From the human T2T-CHM13v2.0 reference genome, Homo sapiens: 64,000 nt of DNA. Each line of letters opens with the position of its first letter. Positions within the stretch are counted from its first letter, which is position 1. This document shows positions 57,641 through 64,000 of the stretch, piece by piece. Location: assembly GCF_009914755.1 (NCBI RefSeq), contig NC_060940.1. One strand, given 5' to 3'. The notes beneath the pieces are model-generated. The model was not told the origin of the DNA. It did no database searches and saw nothing but the letters and a program-made list of their open reading frames with translations. The position numbers and the translations under genes were made by a program.

Positions 57641-59717
57641 TGCCCCCATCTGGACATGCAGTGTCCTCTCCCCTGTGGGGCTGACCTACCTTCCTAGCCG
57701 TCTTCCCAGAACGTAATGTGTCTTAAATCCGTCATGCTGACCTGGGGCCCTGGGTGCCCTTGGGCAGGAGCTGATGGCACTAGTACCTTGATAAAGTTCT
57801 TACTGGCACCAGAAGAGAATAAAGTAACTCTCCTTCCCCTTCTCTGACTTATGGCCAGGTGCCCATTCCCACTGGCTTGCCGCTCCCCAGCTCCCTGCGC
57901 TTTATATTGTTGAGGCCTCCTCTCTCAGCTAAGAAACAGGAAGTACACAGATGTGTATTCTTAAAGACAGCATTAGCCACGGGGCCCCCACCCTCAAAGG
58001 GTGGGAGCGATAACTGCTGCTGGTTGAAACTGACAGTTACTACTGATAATAAAGTTAATTGTTACCCAGTCAGTGGAGTCTGCCCAGGTGTACAAGTGAA
58101 ACCTCCATTATGCTTTTGACAATATGCTTGTCTTGAGTCAATACCCACCTCGATCCCCAAGGTGCCAGTCCAGGGATGTGCCAGGGTTGAAGCAGAGCTG
58201 TCTCCTCTCTGCTTTACAGCCAGGAGCACCTGAGGTTTGGGCAGCTGTGACTTGCCCAGGGAGCCCTGGGGTGGGGCTCGCATGAGGTTCTGGGAGTCCA
58301 GCGCGCTGCCCCCTGCAAGTGGGGAGCAAAGGGCACTTCCCTTGCCAGGGACATGGCAATGAGAGTGAGCCAGCTGGTGGAGGGGGCCTCTTCCGTAATC
58401 AGATCCAAATGCAGTTTTCTGCAGAGGTTTCCCTGTACTGGGAGCCTCGAAGAATTTGGGACAAGGAGGAACGGGATGGTGCTTGGGAGGCCCAGAAGAA
58501 GGAGAGGCCCTGCCCCGCTGCCCTGTCGGGAAAGAGGTTCAGGAGGCTCTCTTAGCCCACCTAGCGGGGCTAGCTCCAAAGTCAGGGTCTGGGTTGGTGT
58601 CAGGTGTGTCCTGCTTCCCGCTGTGCACTTGGTCAGGTTCGCTCAGCTCCCTGAGCTTGTTCCTGTCTGTGAAGGTGGGCAGTGAGCCCGTGAGGGTGAC
58701 AGCTGCAACACCGAGATTTAGCTGCACCTTTTGGTTTGGGAGCTAGGGGACCAGCTTCTCTACCTGTAAGATCTGGGTCTTGGCTCCTCCGGGCGCAGTG
58801 GGTGACTCTGCCCTTGGGGTTCTTAGTGTGCTGCCCCCACACCCACCCCCGCACTGTTCCTGGCGCATGGTAGCTCCTGGTAACTTCCTTCCTTTCCTTT
58901 GTGGTCAGGCCACACTTCCCCCTCTAAGAGGCGCGGGTTAACCCACTTCGACCCTATCTAAGCTGATCTCTGGTTTCTTCTGCCCACCTGAGCCTCCCTG
59001 CCCCTCTTTCCTCCTAGACGGAACAAAAACGAGGTCCATTTTGTCGCTCCAGGAAGGGACTGGTGGAGAGCCGGCTTCCTTTCCTCCCAGGGTAGTACAG
59101 TGGGGAAGGTTCCCCTCCCCCACCTCTTTTCCCAGACGTGGTGGATGGGGGAGGGGACTTCGCTGGAGGTGTTAAAGTGCCATTGAGATGGTAACCACAC
59201 CAAGGGGCCCCCACTTTTCCATATCAATGGCATTCCAGTCCCTGATTAGGCCCCAACCTTAACCCTTCCTTTCCCAAGATCCAACTGAATCCAGGTGCAC
59301 GGGGGCCTAGGAGAGGGTCTAGGACCTCCCAACCTAGGTCTAGTGAGGGCTGAGGACAACAGGCTAATTGCTACCCATGTGTCCTGGGAATCCTCCCACC
59401 ATGGGCAGCTCCCCAACCACCCTCTTCCAGCCTCTCCTAGGCTCCAAGATGTTTCTCCACTTTTACTCTCCCCAAGGGGCTTGGGGAGATACTGTGTTTT
59501 ATCTTAGAGACTTGGGGTGGGAGGAGCCTGAAGCCGCACAGGGCCACTGTGAAGGCAAGTCCAGTGGGTTGGTCACTGAGGTGGGGGTGTGCGCATTTGC
59601 TGAGCAGCCTCCACCCACTCTGCTGGCTAGTCCCTGGAGTGTGGGCTTGCTTTCCTTCTTGCTCCGGTGTGGAGATGTTGGGCCAAAGAGGAATTGGGGT
59701 CTTAAAAACCTGGGGTC

Positions 59718-62275
<2,558 letters not shown>

Positions 62276-63934
62276 CGTCACACCCCTTTTTCAGACAACA
62301 ATCCTCAGAGGTTCTTAGCACCCAGGCAGGGGCTTGAAGGAGTTCATGAACCCTCCCCCACAAATGAGGGGCACATGTTTGTGGGTGCATGTTCTGTGAG
62401 TCCCACGGGGTTTCTCAAGTGGGTCTTTGACCAAAGGACGTTAAGGACCTCGACCTTCCATGACCTGTCCCAGGTAGGGGTCAGGATTTGAGCTTTGGCC
62501 AGTGGGACTCCCAGGCTGTCCCCATGAGTGGAATCACAGGCTCTGAGGGGGTTTTTCCGGAGGTAAGGCTTTCCTGCAAACTGGAAGGCAGGTCTTGGGG
62601 ACACTTGAGTCCCTGGACTTAACCCCCGTGCCCACCTCTGGGGTGTTTTGGCCCGGGAGGCCTGACTGGCCACTCACTCACCCACCCATGGAACATAACC
62701 GGGTCCTGGGCTGTGCCCCACCCTGGGTTCCAGCCCCAGCCCGTCCCGCCTCCATCCCCCTTCCTGAGTGCCCCCCAACCTCCACAACAGGCCCCTCATC
62801 CTCTGGCCTCTGGAGATCTTAGGCAGCTCAGCTCAGCCTCGGTTTCAGCAGCAGGGGTGGCAAGAGCGCACCTGAGCTGAGGTTGAAGTGGGGGGTAGTT
62901 TTCTAGGCCGTTGCCAGGGCGATGCCACCTGAGCTGGGCGCCAGGCACCTGTCGTCTGGGGAACAGTGCAGGCGGGGACCTTCCCCCGGGAGCTAGCGGG
63001 GCCACTGGGCTGAGACGGGGGATGGATCAGATTCCAGAGAGTCCCAGGCGGGCGGGAGTGTGCGATACTCGGGGAGCTGGGGCATGTTTGCATCACGAAA
63101 CTCGGCTGGGGGAGAGCAGAGGCGGCTGGGGAGGGGCTGCGGAAGGAGGAGGCTCAGGAAGGCAAGCCGACGCCCCCTGTGTGTGTTTCTGTCCTGAGCC
63201 TGTTACTTTTTTGACCCCCGATCCGTCTCTTCTTCCTCAGCTTGTCCTCCATCTTCCCCTCCTTTACCCTTGGTTCCCACATGCACAGATGCTACGGACG
63301 CTTTTCCTCCCCTGTCCCCACTCAGCCGCAGCATCCCCCGCTGGCCCCCAGGCCCCTCATCCATCCGCTGCCCACGAACCCCCAGCCCCGCACCCTCCCC
63401 GTGGCTCAGGTCTCCCCTATCCCGGCCTCCCTGCACTTCACTCTGCTCCTCCCCTGCCTGGGCCTTAAAACCCCGCCTGCAGCCGAGAGCCCGCAGAGTC
63501 CCCAGGTGGCACTGTCAGAGTCGCTCAGTGGGAACCTGCGCCAGCCGGCAGGAGACGTGGCTGTCCTCAGCCTGGCAGTGCGTCTGGAGGGCCTGTGCGA
63601 GCTCAGCCCAGGTGTGACAGCGGGGTGGTAAGAGCAGCAGCACCCTCAGGGCATCCGATGGGCGGAGGCCCCTCGAGGTGACACCCACCACTCAGCCGAG
63701 CGGGACTACGAGTCTGCTTTGTGCTCCGCGAGGACCAGAAACACCTGCAAGAGGCACGGAGAGGAGGCGCCTTTCAAGAGGCGCCTTTCATGGAACTGAG
63801 GACTGGCCTGGCTTGGGGACACCAACAAGCCTTCCCCCTCCTGCTGGACACAGAGACACCCACCCAGCACACCAGACACACCCTCTGAGTCACCTAGGCC
63901 GCCTGGGGCTGAGAAGACCTAACCGAGGGGCCAG

Positions 63935-64000
63935 ATGGCTTCGACCGGCTTAGAACTGCTGGGCATGACCCTGGCTGTGCTGGGCTGGCTGGGGACCCTG
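63935..64000 (+). CDS. CLDN9: Claudin-9, N-terminus (runs off the window end)
   Basis: MASTGLELLGMTLAVLGWLGTL is the claudin-9 N-terminus and first TM helix; ATG in cagATGG context. Confidence 0.93.
   Translation, partial: MASTGLELLGMTLAVLGWLGTL

Noticed and set aside
57940-59300. Possible ERV internal (gag-like) remnant on the minus strand
   Set aside because: Only vague resemblance (EKW...LNGTL); no primer-binding site, zinc knuckle or paired LTRs seen. Needs a Dfam search.

Overview
Human genomic DNA, GC- and Alu-rich, recognisable as chr16p13.3. In order: probable FLYWCH1 3' UTR end, KREMEN2 (+, 9 exons, 462 aa), PAQR4 (+, 3 exons, 273 aa), PKMYT1 (-, 8 coding exons, 499 aa, tail-to-tail with PAQR4), a 13-kb micro-exon gene that the ORF track misses (GREP1, formerly LINC00514), an orphan CpG island with long ORFs on both strands, and the first 22 codons of CLDN9. 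The main result is the hand-assembled GREP1 structure: up to 42 coding exons with all internal ones symmetric phase-1 (max 616 aa), a signal peptide, a repeated 30/33/36-nt exon triplet whose middle exon encodes K-P-x-K-P, a terminal GGRCPLGKC* exon, and about a dozen decayed exons with single splice-site lesions. This closely mirrors tropoelastin (ELN) and sits next to a claudin pair as ELN does, suggesting an unrecognised elastin paralog and cross-linkable matrix protein. Exon coordinates were read by eye; ELN comparisons are from memory and need confirming.
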